A DNA stretch of 64,000 nucleotides from Nemertoderma westbladi (GCA_032718475.1 JAUCBJ010001966.1:1-64000); one strand, 5' to 3'; counted from the stretch's first letter, positions 50,428 to 63,740 are shown. Notes: generated by a model not told the origin, from the sequence alone. Program-made: numbers and translations.

Positions 50428-51920
50428 GTAAGTAGCTGGGAACTGGGGCTACTGCCCTGCAGAATGTCCGGGTAAGTAGCTGGGAACTGGGGTACTGCCC
50501 TGCAGAATGTCCAGGTAAGTAGCTGGGAACTGGGGGTACTGCCCTGCAGAATGTCCAGGTAAGTAGCTGGGAACTGGGGGTACTGCCCTGCAGAATGTCC
50601 AGGTAAGTAGCTGGGAACTGGGGCTACTGCCCTGCAGAATGTCCAGTTATGTAGCTGGGAACTGGGGGTACTGCCCTGCAGAATGTCCAGTTATGTAGCT
50701 GGGAACTTTCGCACTGTTGTGTCCCTAGGCAAGACACTTTAGACATTAGTGCCTACGCCAACCCAGCGGTATAATGGGAACCTAGCTTTGCTGGGGTAAT
50801 GATAATGCAGGCGCCCTGATAAGATCGCACTGATCCCTAAGGGCGCCTGCAATAACAAAAATAAATTTGTTTATTATTATTATTATTAACTTGGGCTACT
50901 GCCCTGCAGAATGTCCAGGTAAGTAGATGGGAACTGGGGGTACAGCCCTGCAGAATGTCCAGGTAAGTAGCTGGGAACTGGGGCTACTGCCCTGTAGAAT
51001 GTCCAGGTAAGTAGCTGGGAACTGGGGCCACTGCCCTGCAGAATGTCCAGGTAAGTGCTGGGAACTGGGGCTACTGCCCTGCAGAATGTCCAGGTAAGTA
51101 GATGGGAACTGGGGGTACTGCCCTGCAGAATGTCCAGGTAAGTAGCTGGGAACTGGGGCCACTGCCCTGCAGAATGTCCAGGTAAGTAGCTGGGAACTGG
51201 GGCTACTGCCCTGCAGAATGTCCAGTTATGTAGCTGGGAACTGGGGCCACTGCCCTGCAGAATGTCTAGGTAAGTAGCTGGGAACTTGGGCTACTGCCCT
51301 GCAGAATGTCCAGGTAAGTAGATGGGAACTGGGGGTACAGCCCTGCAGAATGTCCAGGTAAGTAGCTGGGAACTGGGGCTACTGCCCTGTAGAATGTCCA
51401 GGTAAGTAGCTGGGAACTGGGGCCACTGCCCTGCAGAATGTCCAGGTAAGTGCTGGGAACTGGGGCTACTGCCCTGCAGAATGTCCAGGTAAGTAGATGG
51501 GAACTGGGGGTACTGCCCTGCAGAATGTCCAGGTAAGTAGCTGGGAACTGGGGCCACTGCCCTGCAGAATGTCCAGGTAAGTGCTGGGAACTGGGGCTAC
51601 TGCCCTGCAGAATGTCCAGATAAGTGCTGGGAACTGGGGGTACTGCCCTGCAGAATGTCCAGTTATGTAGCTGGGAACTGGGGGTACTGCCCTGCAGAAT
51701 GTCCAGTTATGTAGCTGGGAACTGGGGCTACTGCCCTGCAGAATGTCCAGGTAAGTAGCTGGGAACTGGGGCTACTGCCCTGCAGAATGTCCAGGTAAGT
51801 AGCTGGGAACTGGGGCTACTGCCCTGCAGAATGTCCAGGTAAGTAGCTGGGAACTGGGGCTACTGCCCTGCAGAATGTCCAAGTAAAAGTAACTGGGAAC
51901 TGGGGCTACTGCCCTGCGGA
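50389..51920 (+). repeat. ~43-bp minisatellite (~30 copies) derived from the FN2 exon end + donor
   Basis: GTAGCTGGGAACTGGGGCTACTGCCCTGCAGAATGTCCAGGTAA; 395-bp higher-order duplication 50893/51288. Confidence 0.95.
50709..50887 (+). mobile_element. 5'-truncated SINE inserted in the minisatellite
   Basis: GTGTCCCTAGGCAAGACACTT SINE core-like motif, AATAAA + (TAT)n tail, AACTT duplication. Confidence 0.7.
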
Positions 51921-52879
51921 CTGTAAGAACATCATTATGTTCTTGAAGTACTCTCTATCACAGCTCAGGTACCCCTGGAACTGTATGTCGATCTACAGTA
52001 GTAGGCAACGGAACCTGCATAACTAAAGTTGTGTCAGTTGAAAATAATCAAGTAAAAATAGGCCAAGATCAGGTATTAATTTATTTATTCAGGCTATTTA
52101 TCATTGTATTATTTTTATCGCATTTTACAAATATGTTTCTCAAAAAATATATAATTAAGCCCAGAAGCCCACCCAATGCAAGATTTATGTGAATAACTAA
52201 AACCGACTCTGTCTCTTATGAACCCACAGCTTGGAGTCTACTACTACCCTACCCTACAAATATCAAATAACTGAACTTCAGTAATCATAAATTGCTTATT
52301 AACACTACTACCTACTATACCACTACTTACTTAGAGTCAGACTACAGCAGCCATAAGGCTTTTTTCCTATTTACTGTGATTGCCTTTGGTTTCACATAGG
52401 CTAATTTCGGGTGGCCGAAGAATATAATCCAAAACATAACCCTGCATTGTCATCTATATTGCACTGGTTTGCAGTATACACTGTGTGTGGATACAGGTGT
52501 AGTGAGAAAATAAACAGAACATGTCGTAAGCGATTTATACCAGGATATGTGTAGCAGGATATTATGTCTTAGGCAAATTCTTTGTAGTAAGTTTTGTGCC
52601 CATGTCACTGAGGTAATAATTTTTTAAGCTAATATTTAAGTAAGTGTTATTAACTTACTTGAAAATTAGCTGGCAAATTCTTGATACTCCAGCTTGGAAT
52701 ATCTGTGATGTGAGCTTTGGTCTAGGTTTGTCAAGTCATATATCGTTACTGTCATGAAAGAACAACACAAGTCCAAAAATCAAAATTGTTTGGGAATGAC
52801 TCCCTGCTCCCCATTTTGCCTATTTCTGGTTGAGTGCACTAAAAACGGTCCTACCATAATATCGCATTAAAATAATACT

Positions 52880-53050
52880 CTACTACTAAGTGTTTTATGC
52901 CTTCCACCAACCTGGTGGCTAATTCCCCCAGATCCTTCCAGGCTTCCCGATTCTCCATAGTTGTCGCAATTTCGTTTTTCCGAAGTTCAGTACCCCTTTC
53001 AAGTTGGACTATATGTAATAACCACTCATCCATGGTTTCACTTTCTTTGT
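52880..53050 (-). mobile_element. RTE-like LINE 3' relic
   Basis: ..EIATTMENREAWK resembles the RTE C-terminal M.DR..W motif. Confidence 0.4.
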
Positions 53051-53293
53051 GTTGGTTGCCAGAAAAGTAGATATTGTTTGACCTCATGTTTACTTCATTA
53101 CTTTACTAAAAAGGTAAATTGACAGAAAATGAAGCAAGTAAAATGAAGCATAAAGGACTAGTAAAATGAAAAAAATAAGGCACTAAATATAAAAGATAAA
53201 AAAAGAAGAAATATATCGCAATAAAGTAATTAAAAAGGAAATTGTCCTATTCTCACGACCGAAATATATAATTTAATTATATAATTTTTGCAG

Positions 53294-53425
53294 ACATCAA
53301 CGAATGCCTTCAAAACGTCGACGATTGTCATTTGTTAGCAACTTGTACCAATACTGATGGTAACTATACTTGTGAATGCAATTATGGATATCCTGGTACT
53401 GGCAAACTGTGCACTCGATCACTAG
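53294..53425 (+). CDS. Host gene exon: calcium-binding EGF domain
   Basis: DINEC..C..ATCTNTDGNYTCEC..GY.GTG..C; phase 1-1. Confidence 0.92.
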
Positions 53426-54452
53426 GTAAGTTGTCAGTTATTCCAACATGTTTGTTTATGTTGGTTTCAGAACACGTTTTCAAACATACTATAATTATTG
53501 TCTGTTCGAGAACGGAATATACTGATATAAAACCTGAATCAAATTAATCTGTATAACTACTGAGGCCATAGGCCGAAGTAGTTATACATGATTTATTTCC
53601 TGAAGGTATTATAGCCGTATATTCCGTTGCCCTTCTTGGGAACTGGCACCAACTTATTTGTTTTCATTTCTTGTGGGACTCTTGTTGTTCGGTACATGTC
53701 TACTATGATGGGATAGATGAGCTTTAAACACTCAGGTATTTTAAAGACCTCAGGGGGAACTCCATTAAAACGATATGGTGATAATATAAATCTTTGACTT
53801 ACGCATTTGTTACCATCAAAGCGACCGATGATACTGAGCCATATTTAGTGTTTGTTTTGCAAAACCAAAAATCAATTACTCATAAAATAAAAATAATAGC
53901 CGCAAGTTGGGCATCATAGTTTATAATGACCATCTCTGGACAGTATAAGCCACCACCATGCAGTAACACTGCCCAAGTAAGTAACACCAGTACTGTGTTT
54001 CAGGCCTATGTTTTTTGTATGTAAAGTATGACTTCTTGTTGTATGTGATCATGATGGGGTATTGCAAGATATGCAACACATTCAACATTCAAGGAGGTTA
54101 AAACATAATAATTTCAGCAGTCACTGATTGGTCAGTGAAATGGCCTACCAATCATATAGCGCTTGAATTAGGTGCTTTTAATGACAATAATGATCTCCAT
54201 TATCCCATGGAGATGGTTTAGTGGGCACAACCGGTAAAACTTGATCGAAACCAGAGAAGAAAAGTCGCACCAATAATTGCTAGATAGATAGATATTTTAT
54301 TGATCGGAGTCCAAAAGAAAGATAATACCAAACACAAATAAGTATACCTGAATAAAGCAGGAAACATAGAAAAACAGGAATAAATAAACTATATAAAAAA
54401 AAACTATAACTATATCATCAGGACGATAAACATAATCGAATATATAATAAGG

Positions 54453-55135
54453 GAAAATATACCTAACTTGAAAGCAACAATAATATATACCTAAAAGGTA
54501 TATACCTAAAGAAAATATACCTAGCTTGAAAGCAACAATAATATATACCTAAAAGGTATATACCTAAAGAAAATATACCTAACTTGGAAGCAACAATAAT
54601 ATATACCTAAAAGGTATATACCTAAATCTCTGGATGGCACATTCACAAGAATGCTACTCCGGGTACATTGTGTCAAGTACAATGCACACATCTCCAACCA
54701 GACACTATATAACATTGGAGGTGTCTCATTGGTTCCCCCAAGCTTGACACTAGAACAAAATCGCCTCCGCTTTGCAGGACATTGCTTTCGCCGTGAGGAC
54801 CAGCCAGTGCATAATCTTGTACTTTGGCAGCCTCATGGAGTGAATAAGCATGGTGGACAGCCCATGACTTTCTTGAGACGCATCTTAAAGGACACTGGCC
54901 TTAAAGATGCGGATAATCTAGCAAATGTCATGGGTGATAGGGAGTTGTGGCGGTGCAATTTTGTTGACAAGCCGGCACAGCATTCTTAAAAATGCAGCTG
55001 CAATGCAGCATGCCGATCCTAGTAGTAGTAGTAGTATATACCTAAAGAAAATATACCTAACTTGAAAGCAACAATAATATATACCTAAAAGGTATATACC
55101 TAAAGAAAATATACCTAACATGAAAGCAACAATAA
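54453..55135. repeat. ~59-bp tandem repeat interrupted by an RTE
   Basis: GAAAATATACCTAACTTGAAAGCAACAATAATATATACCTAAAAGGTATATACCTAAA units. Confidence 0.85.
54627..55033 (+). mobile_element. 5'-truncated RTE LINE
   Basis: RLRFAGHCFR..LVLWQP..MGDRELWR; (TAG)n tail; 13-bp TSD GTATATACCTAAA. Confidence 0.88.
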
Positions 55136-55371
55136 TTATATCTGGCAACTGAAAGTAAATTAATATACGTAATATTTTGCCAATCGTCAGTTTACAGGTA
55201 GAAATACAAAAATATTAGGCCTAAACAGAAAAGGCCGAAAACAAAAGAATATGAAAAGCAGAGTATATTTATATGGTTATTACACCAAAAACACAAATAA
55301 CACATGGTACAAGTGCTGAAACAAAGGCACAGTAGAGAGTTTGGCGTACTGTAGTAAAGAAAATGGGGAAA

Positions 55372-55987
55372 TTAAACTGATTCAAGGCATTTCAGAGTGG
55401 GAAATATAAATGAGGCGGCTGACACAAAATTTGTTTCATTGAAGAAAATATCAACAGAAGTGAAATTTACGTCTTTGCTGGAATCACGCAAATTCAATAG
55501 GAGGGGACATGTGAGAAGGACATGTGATTCGGTTTGTACTGCACCGCATGTACAAAAACGACGCTCAGGTGTGATATGGAACCACCTGCTGGTTTCAACC
55601 GGAAGGTGAGTCGACATAAGCCGAAACCGGGTCCACGCTAGATGGTGATGTTCGGGAACAACAATATGCTGAGTGTATACTGGTGGTATTATGAAAGTTG
55701 GGTTAATCGAGGAATGGAATGAATGACGTGTACTTTATGGCGTTTATGGATATCATCAAGCCAGATCACTCATCAGCTACAAAATTTCCATTGGGCCTGG
55801 CTAGCAGCCTGTCAATAACCTTACCCATTGGTGTGGCACTGCGACGTTCCAAATAAATAGCGAAAATTAGAGGGGAGTGTAGTTCGGGTTTGGATAAAAT
55901 CGATTGAATGTGGGGCGAGCCACGAAGTTGGCGGAGCCTTAGCGAATTGACACTGTTAGGGGGTGGGTCAATTTATGCAAATAGTTG

Positions 55988-56019
<32 letters not shown>

Positions 56020-59000
56020 GTCGTCGTTGTCGTCGTCGTTACGATTTTGACATGCTAATAACTTTGTCGGATTTAAAGCTGCCAAGTTGAAAATTTGTAG
56101 GTATCAATATGAGCAAAAGTTGAGATTTTTGAGAACTTTCAGACACCATCAGTGCAATGGTCTCCCGCTAGAGGGCCACATGTCTAAACATTAAATGCCC
56201 TCCCATTTCTTTGCTTTTAATCCGTTTAAGCTGAAACTTGGCAGATATGTATTAGACCATTAGCTGTGACTTTCAAAGGAGGCGAATCCATCTGCAGTTC
56301 TCCAGTCTGCCGCTAGAGGGCCAAAGGTGTGAAAGTGAAATCGTTGTCGTCGTTACGATTTTGACATGCTAATAACTTTGTCGGATTTAAAGCTGCCAAG
56401 TTGAAAATTTGTAGGTATCAATATGAGCAAAAGTTGAGATTTTTGAGAGACTTTCAGACACCATCAGTGCAATGGTCTCCCGCTAGAGGGCCACATGTCT
56501 AAACATTAAATGCCCTCCCATTTCTTTGCTTTTAATCCGTTTAAGCTGAAACTTGGCAGATATGTATTAGACCATTAGCTGTGACTTTCAAAGGAGGCGA
56601 ATCCATCTGCAGTTCTCCAGTCTGCCGCTAGAGGGGCAAAGGTCTGAAAGTGAAATCGTTGTTGTTGTTACGATTTTGACATGCTAATAACTTTGTCGGA
56701 TTTAAAGCTGCCAAGTAGAAAATTTGTAGGTATCAATATGAGCTAAAGTTGAGACGTTTGAGAGACTTTCAGACACCATCAGAGCAATAGTCTCCTGCTA
56801 GAGGGCCACATGTCTAAACGTTAAATGTCCTCCCATTTCTTTGCTTTTAATCCATTTATGCTGAAATTTGGCAGATATGTACTAGACCATTAGCTGTGAC
56901 TTTGAAAGAAGGAATTGAATTGAATTGAATTGAAGGCTAATCCGTGTGCAGTTCTTCAGTCTGCCGCTAGAGGGCGAAATGTTTGAAAGTGAAATCTTTC
57001 TCCCATCTCGTTATTTATGATCCGTTCAAGCTGAAACGTAGCAGATATGTAGTAGAAGTCGGCCTGAGTCTTTGGTGGGCAGTAAACGGTCTGGAGTCCT
57101 CCAGTCTGCCGCTAGAGGGCGAAATGTATAACTAAGTATAATTAAGTCACGTGCTGCGCGAAGGCCCCACTTCGTGTATATATGTTGCCATGAGCAAACG
57201 AATGCCTCGGGGGATGGAAGGCAGGTCTCCAGGTGTATTAAATCATGGCAGGTCTGTTGGTGGACGCCTACGGCGGATTTCAACATAGAGTAATAATGGT
57301 TACTGACTGGGTTTAAATTGGAACCGAGCCATGACTGAGCCATGGGAGACCCCAGATAAACATAGGATGGACAGTTTCAGACCTTCATGATGCTGTTTGG
57401 GGGTTTCGAAAATTAGACCCTCCCTTGCCATTTATGACAAGGAACTTAGTCTTCTTAATATTGATTTTCATGTTAAAATCTTGACAATATTGTAGAAGAA
57501 ATTAAAATTTTGCAATGGTGGAGCTCCGAGATGTCACTAAGATTGCTGAGTAGTCCATAAGAAGTACGGCATGGAGGCATTTTGGAAAACCATCACTGAC
57601 ACTATGTTTCAGGCATTGTAGGAGTGGATTTTTGTAAATAATGAATAAGAAACAATTACCATGTGCTCCTTGGAGCACGCCCTTAAGAGAAGTAATGATG
57701 GATGAGCCTAAGAAACTTATGGTGAAACTATACAAAGATTGCAATGCGCGAAGCATGACACCTCCACAACCCAAAGACTTGAGTTGAGTAAACAACTTAT
57801 ATATACCTAGATACAGAATCGTAGGCAGTAGCGAAATCAATGAAAATAATGCACAGTTTGCATTTATTACTAAGGGCATAATCTATTAATAATCTCAAGA
57901 TAAGGATATGTTCCTTGCAGTTTCTACCAGGTTGGGCCCCGCCTGTTCAATGTCAGGGGATATCCACCTTGACAACCGTTGGAATAGAATGTAATCATTG
58001 AGTTTGGCAAGGGCGTTGATAATAGAAATGCCGCGGTAGTTAGAACACAAAGTACGAGACCCACGCTTAAAAACAGACACAAGTTTGCTGCAGCCCCATG
58101 TTGGTGGAAAGAATACTCCCGAAAAAACAGCATTAAATAACGAAACGAGATAAACCAACCACTCAATAGGAGGCAATTTGAGAATACCTGGAGAGATACC
58201 GTCTGGGCCAGGAGCTTTGTTTCCTTTCAAATTACTGATACCCTTATGAACCTCCTCAATGGAGTCAAGTAATGGAATATATTGGGAGTCTGAGGTTGGG
58301 ACCAGGATGGGGTCAACAAACACATCGGCATCTAAAGGGTCACCGAGGAGAGATTGAAAATGGTGGGCGAACTGGGACTCACTAGGAGAAGCAAGATTAC
58401 TGGATGGAGAATTATTATCAAAACCACCCATCCAGTTTATCCGCCACCATAAGAAACTGGTATCGTTAGTACTAATTAGGTCATTCCACAACTGATGGTC
58501 AGGTACATTTGTGGGGCAAATATTAAGGTTAGGTTCAAAGTTCCTTTTATGACGTGATGACAAAGCAACTGAGTATATGATATTGGTAAAACGATGCATT
58601 ATATCTAAGTTAACTGGGTATATACCAGCAGAACTGAAAGTACTTTGATGAAGATTACTTACAAATAATTCAGCGTTAATATGGGATAATTTAATAGGCT
58701 TAGCACACAAAGTCGCTGTCATGTTGTGTTAGATGAACATAGCTACCCAAATCCATTGAGCGCTTGTGTAAGGACAGTGGTGTTGGCACCGCACTGGCAG
58801 CTAGTCTGATAAAAATTGCGTGGTGCTCAGAAGGGAGAGAGGTGGAAATTGGGCCACACTCCAAAACACGATCAATTGCACCATGACTAACTAGAGCACG
58901 ATCTATTTCCGATATCAGCACATTATTCCTACAGTACGTTAGACCACCACCAAACACTTTGGCTCCCAAACTGCCATAAATCAAGTTCAGCAAGTCACAA

Positions 59001-60829
59001 TCTTGTAGCAACTGTAATAAACGTAGACCATTAGAGTTGGTGCCTAGATCATCGGGAACTGAGCAATTAATATTTATGTTACAAAAGGGTGGGTTAATAG
59101 TTAATTTATTGCCTATTCTAGAATTTAGCTCCCAAAATAACAAACCAATGATGGGAGGGGGAATCGAAAATATGAGTTTGAATATCAGCCCATATAACCA
59201 GGTCGTAATACCTTGAGTCAGATGGTGGTATAAATACACATGCAAAATCATAATTGTAATTAGCAATAGTAAACCAAATACTGTCATAATTGGTATATCT
59301 AACAGACTGAACAGTTAAGGCATTATGTACAAATACAGCAACACCCCCTCGATGGGCTTGTTTCGAACGATGGTGGTAAGGGGGATGAAACCCCAGTACA
59401 GCAAAATTATAGGCAGTTTTTAACTCTTGTAGGCACACCACGTCAAATTGTAAAATAATTTGAGAACCTGGGGAGTTAAATATTTCTCGCTGATACCGCC
59501 ACAATTCCAGGAAAGTACTTTTAATTCATTACCAGTTATTCAATTCAATTTCTGTTTATTGCTACAACATGCTCAAATGGAGCCATTATTGTTAGATTTT
59601 ACAAGTAAACAAACTGAAGAAAATACTAAAGAATGTAAGACCGGTAAACCAGTGTCAGCAGTACGGTAAAGATATGCACGTATTGTAATTTATAAAGTAA
59701 TGTACATAGAACATGAACACATAAATATAAAACAACTGAAAAAGTTACAATTGGATAACTGTGGTACACTAAAAAACTGGGGCAAAACGGTCTATAACAA
59801 TATCATTACGATAGACAACTCTTTGTTTACAATCAATCCAAATGTATGCACCAGCATTCTCTGGTTTCTTCCCCTCGACTTTAACGACGTATGTCCACCT
59901 GCCAAGCTCCTTGTTTATGGTGGGGTGGACGTCAGCTTTTAAGTAGACCTTATTAAAGGGTTCGCGAGAGGCTTTCAGGTTTTTCGTCAACCCGAGAAAC
60001 TCCTTATGCGGGGGGGGGGGGGGGGGGTGGCAGAAGGTCCCAGGGAGATGAGAATAGGCCGTGGGTGGATGTGGCGGGTAGGGTTCGCGGCACCCAAACG
60101 TTTAGCACTGAATTCAGTAATAGAAAAACTCATCCCCATTTCCTTGAAATTGAGTTTGCACTTTTCGGTATCGTCTCTCTCACCACTGAAATCCTCCTCT
60201 ATGACACCTTGACATATTAAATTCATTGCACGCATGCCGTGGTCGACAGCTTCCGTATAGCCAATGGAGTTGTTCACAGCCAGATGAAGATCAGCATTCT
60301 CCGATTCAAGAGTTTCCACACGCCTCTCTAAAACTTGTATTCGTGAGTCGACTACATCTAGAATTATCGAACGAAGGTCGCCCACGGTTAATGCCGTTAG
60401 CGGAGTGGTACGAGTAATATTAAGGGCCTGAGATTGCGAGGATTGCATTGGGATGGGCTGCTGGGAGAGGTGAGGAACAGGTGGCGGTGGGTGAGGCTGC
60501 TGCCTATCTGGATATTGCAGAGATTGCCCACCTGAAAAATACGAGGTAGCTGTTGTTGAAGTACCCTGGTTGAAAGTACAGGCAGTGCAAAAACCAGGTG
60601 GGGTGACAGGAGTTCCAATTGGTGCTGGTATCTGGGGTCCAAGGTTTAGGGTACCGGTAGATACAACTTGCTGGGGCTGGGTTAAATTGGGAAAATGATC
60701 GAGGTGGGGACTGGATCCGTGGCGAACTGGTTGGCTACTTGATCCCGCTCCACAGCAGTGATTACAAAGACCACCAGCTCTTAAATGCTGCTGGAACGAC
60801 GCTTTGCATACCTTGCAGAAACCCATCAC
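55372..60829 (-). mobile_element. Degenerate two-ORF LINE (RTE-X/Proto2-like): ORF1 ~60829-59769, ORF2 ~59540-55372
   Basis: ORF1 NLICQGV.E..RLG..RPIL..VYLKAD. APE SWN, LQE, GGVA. RT KAPGPDG, NYRGIS, GVLQG, LLMD. C-terminal CTCG..TE.HVL..C. Many frameshifts. Confidence 0.82.
55912..57174 (+). mobile_element. Non-autonomous DNA element, copy 2 (one extra ~314-bp unit)
   Basis: Matches 23901-24852; TGT at 55909-11 and 57175-77; removal restores the LINE frame (SWQHIY-IQSILS). Confidence 0.88.
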
Positions 60830-61799
60830 ATTCTACCCCTACAGTCTACTGCTTTAGGCCAGTGCAGTAGCGCAGTACAGCAGTAGGACTACTTCATATT
60901 CAATATTCATGCAACAAAATACAAACCATTGTACAACTGTACTGAACTTACTGCTACATCGCCATTCAACAGTCGGTGCATTTTACAAACTAAACTAAAA
61001 CACCTTTAATATCCTCGATAAACTAAAGAATGCACACATTAAACCTATTTTAGTTATGTTTAAATTTCAGACATTAGCGCATCGTGCTGAGAAGAGATAT
61101 TCCTTTGAAGAGCTAGCTATTCAGCTGGTGGGGTAATACATTACAAACTAACAGTTGATGTTTGCTCACTGTCTGGGATAGAGTGAGAGAGTAATAAACT
61201 TATTATTGGCAAGTAATATGCAGGTTCTGCTGTTTGCAACTTCTCTGCAGTTTGGCACACATGAGGACCAGCAGCTAGTGTTTCTATCATTGAGTTCATG
61301 GTAATTTTCGTGTTTTGGGGGTATTTTTGGAAATAAAAAAGACACTTTAATAATTTTTATCGAAACTTTTTTTCCACATCCTGGGGTTGAGCTGCGTCGA
61401 TTGATATAACTTTCATTGACGGACGAGCTATAGCTTCGGAGGAGTTTATATGATTACATACATAGTGAATACGTTTACAGTAAGAAGTCCTCCCGGTCAT
61501 GTTAATTATATTATAATTGTTATCTGTTCAACTAAAATAGTGATTGGGAGATCGAATTGACCTCAGCTTCGCCGACTTTTCATAGAACTGCTCAGTCAGG
61601 GTACTGGTTTGAGGGACAGGTTCGTTTAAAGCCAGCTTGCTCGCTTTCTAGTAAGCTTGCTAATCGTGTAATCAATTAAATATTTAATAATTTATACATT
61701 ATTATACATCCTTATTTGTACACTACAGTCTCTGCAAACTTCATAATAAATTGTATTGTATAATTCCATAATAATAATTTACCAAATTTACTTCTATAG

Positions 61800-62053
61800 A
61801 TAACTTCGCTCTTGGACAACCTACTGGTCAAAGCACTGAGTATGTTGGTGCTGATTCCAACAACGCAGTGGATGGCAATGGGGATGGAGGGTATGGTCAG
61901 GGTAGTTGTATGCACACCTGTTTGTGGCCAAACGAATGCAGCGATACAATTCATTGGTGGTGGGTTGATTTAGGTGGAGACTTAGCTGTTGGAGAAGTCA
62001 AAATCTATAATCGTGTTGACGTCTGCTGTACCGACAAGATAATTGGAACTAGG
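61800..62053 (+). CDS. Host gene exon: F-type lectin (fucolectin) domain part 1
   Basis: NFALGQPT.QST..NAVDGN..SCMHT..WW.VDLG..IYNR.D.CC. Confidence 0.9.
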
Positions 62054-62361
62054 GTAATTGTAGAAATTTATTTAATTTACTTAAATTTACAAATCAGTGA
62101 ATTCGATAAAGATATCTACAAGAATTGGTAATCTTTATTTGTTTTTTTGACATACATAATTCATTTTATTTCACAGATTACCCGTGTCGATGCCGGTATT
62201 ATATTAAATATAATTAGGTTAAATAAGCACGAATAAAACGGTTGTGGTAGTGCAACGATATAAAATATAGGTTATGTGTCACGTCTAGTTGTGAGCCTTA
62301 CCCAAGCTCCCACTTATTCTAAATAATCAAATAATAATAATTATATTCATATTTACAAAAG

Positions 62362-62512
62362 GTGTACGCGACCAACAGCAATGACATAACATTCCTGAAC
62401 GGTATTGGCTCCAGTGCAGAAGTACCATGTGGTACAATCACCCAAGGAACACCGCAACTTACTGTGATCAATTGTGTTGGGAAAGTTGGTCGGTACATCG
62501 TTCTCTTCAATG
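62362..62512 (+). CDS. Host gene exon: F-type lectin part 2 (3' boundary 62512 or 62517)
   Basis: CG..INC..GRYIVL; donor ambiguous. Confidence 0.8.
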
Positions 62513-62983
62513 ATAAGTTTATTTATTAGTTTAGTTTATCGCGCAATGCGCGCAGCGCCAGACTATCTGGCATTTATTTGATCAACAATAAATTCGTAAT
62601 AAAATAATAAAATTCGTAAACCGCATTACAGGGAATTGAAATGTCTAAATATTACATATTTATAAACACAACCCGGTCACGAAATTTCAGTTATGTAATA
62701 TAAGTCAATTACTAAAAATAACACATTCACACGTAGTTCTAGATTATGAATTAAAATATATTTCATACATTAATTATTTAATTAAAATAAAGGATACGTA
62801 GATCCACAATAGTGAAGTACAAGGTATGCTGCTGACTCGTTTCGTGCATTAACAAATTTAAGTTAAGATTAAAATGGCCACGATTGCATCGAATATAGCC
62901 TATATAACCCGCTACATGTAATAGGATGTGGATTCAAAAATTCCAAATAAAGATATTTACGGTAGTCAGTTATGACTCATCAG

Positions 62984-63052
62984 CAAGCTGCTATAGTCAA
63001 AACTATAATGACGAAACTTTACATGTCTGCGAAGTCATGGTTTACGTCAAAG
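62984..63052 (+). CDS. Host gene exon: F-type lectin part 3 (start 62984 or 62970)
   Basis: LHVCEVMVY; AAG|GTGGGT donor, so the gene continues. Confidence 0.8.
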
Positions 63053-63392
63053 GTGGGTTGAATAGATAATCTAAAGTAGAGTAACTCAAAACAGATTCAT
63101 TTGTTACAAAAGTGTAGTCTAGTCTATATATCTGCTGGTTCATGAATATTGGAGTTAATAATTGGAAATAAAGTTATGGGATAAATGCTAGCTAAATGCT
63201 AGCTAAATGCTAGCTAAATGCTAGCTTTTTGTGTTGTATTAATATTTACCACCGGTACATAATATTAATGTGCACCTACTCTACGTGTTATATACTTACC
63301 ACCACAATTTATACATATTATTAATATTCATGCTTAGCATTATTGTATTTCACTGTTACCTTCTTTTCAATGTATTAATATTTACCAGCGTG

Positions 63393-63505
63393 CACCTACT
63401 GTACCTCACACCTACTGCACCTCACACCTACTGTACCTCACACCTACTGCACCTCACACCTACTGTACCTCACACCTACTTTACATTTACCACCTCACAC
63501 CTACT
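63393..63505. repeat. 19-bp minisatellite
   Basis: CACCTACTGYACCTCACAC units. Confidence 0.8.
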
Positions 63506-63653
63506 TTACCATATTTATCGCCGATTAATATTTATCCTTACATAATCAACCACAACATAAAAATTAGAATTGGCGTGAAATTTAAAACATTCAGTTATAT
63601 GTTCTTTTCAGTTCCGTTAACGGTTATAATGTACATTGTATATATTATATATT

Positions 63654-63740
63654 ATAGCTCAGTATACACACCCGGCTGATGATATCCGGAAGTTTGAAAC
63701 CTAGGTACCGGGTTCGAGCCCCAATAGGGTCGGTTGATAT
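63654..63740 (+). mobile_element. tRNA-derived SINE head
   Basis: TAGCTCAGT A box, GGTTCGAGCC B box, non-tRNA spacer. Confidence 0.55.

Noticed and set aside
50389-51920. CRISPR-like 43-bp array and its minus-strand ORFs
   Set aside because: Head-to-tail repeat with no spacers, derived from an exon end.
63654-63740. tRNA gene (also 32759-32822)
   Set aside because: A and B boxes only, no cloverleaf; treated as SINE heads.
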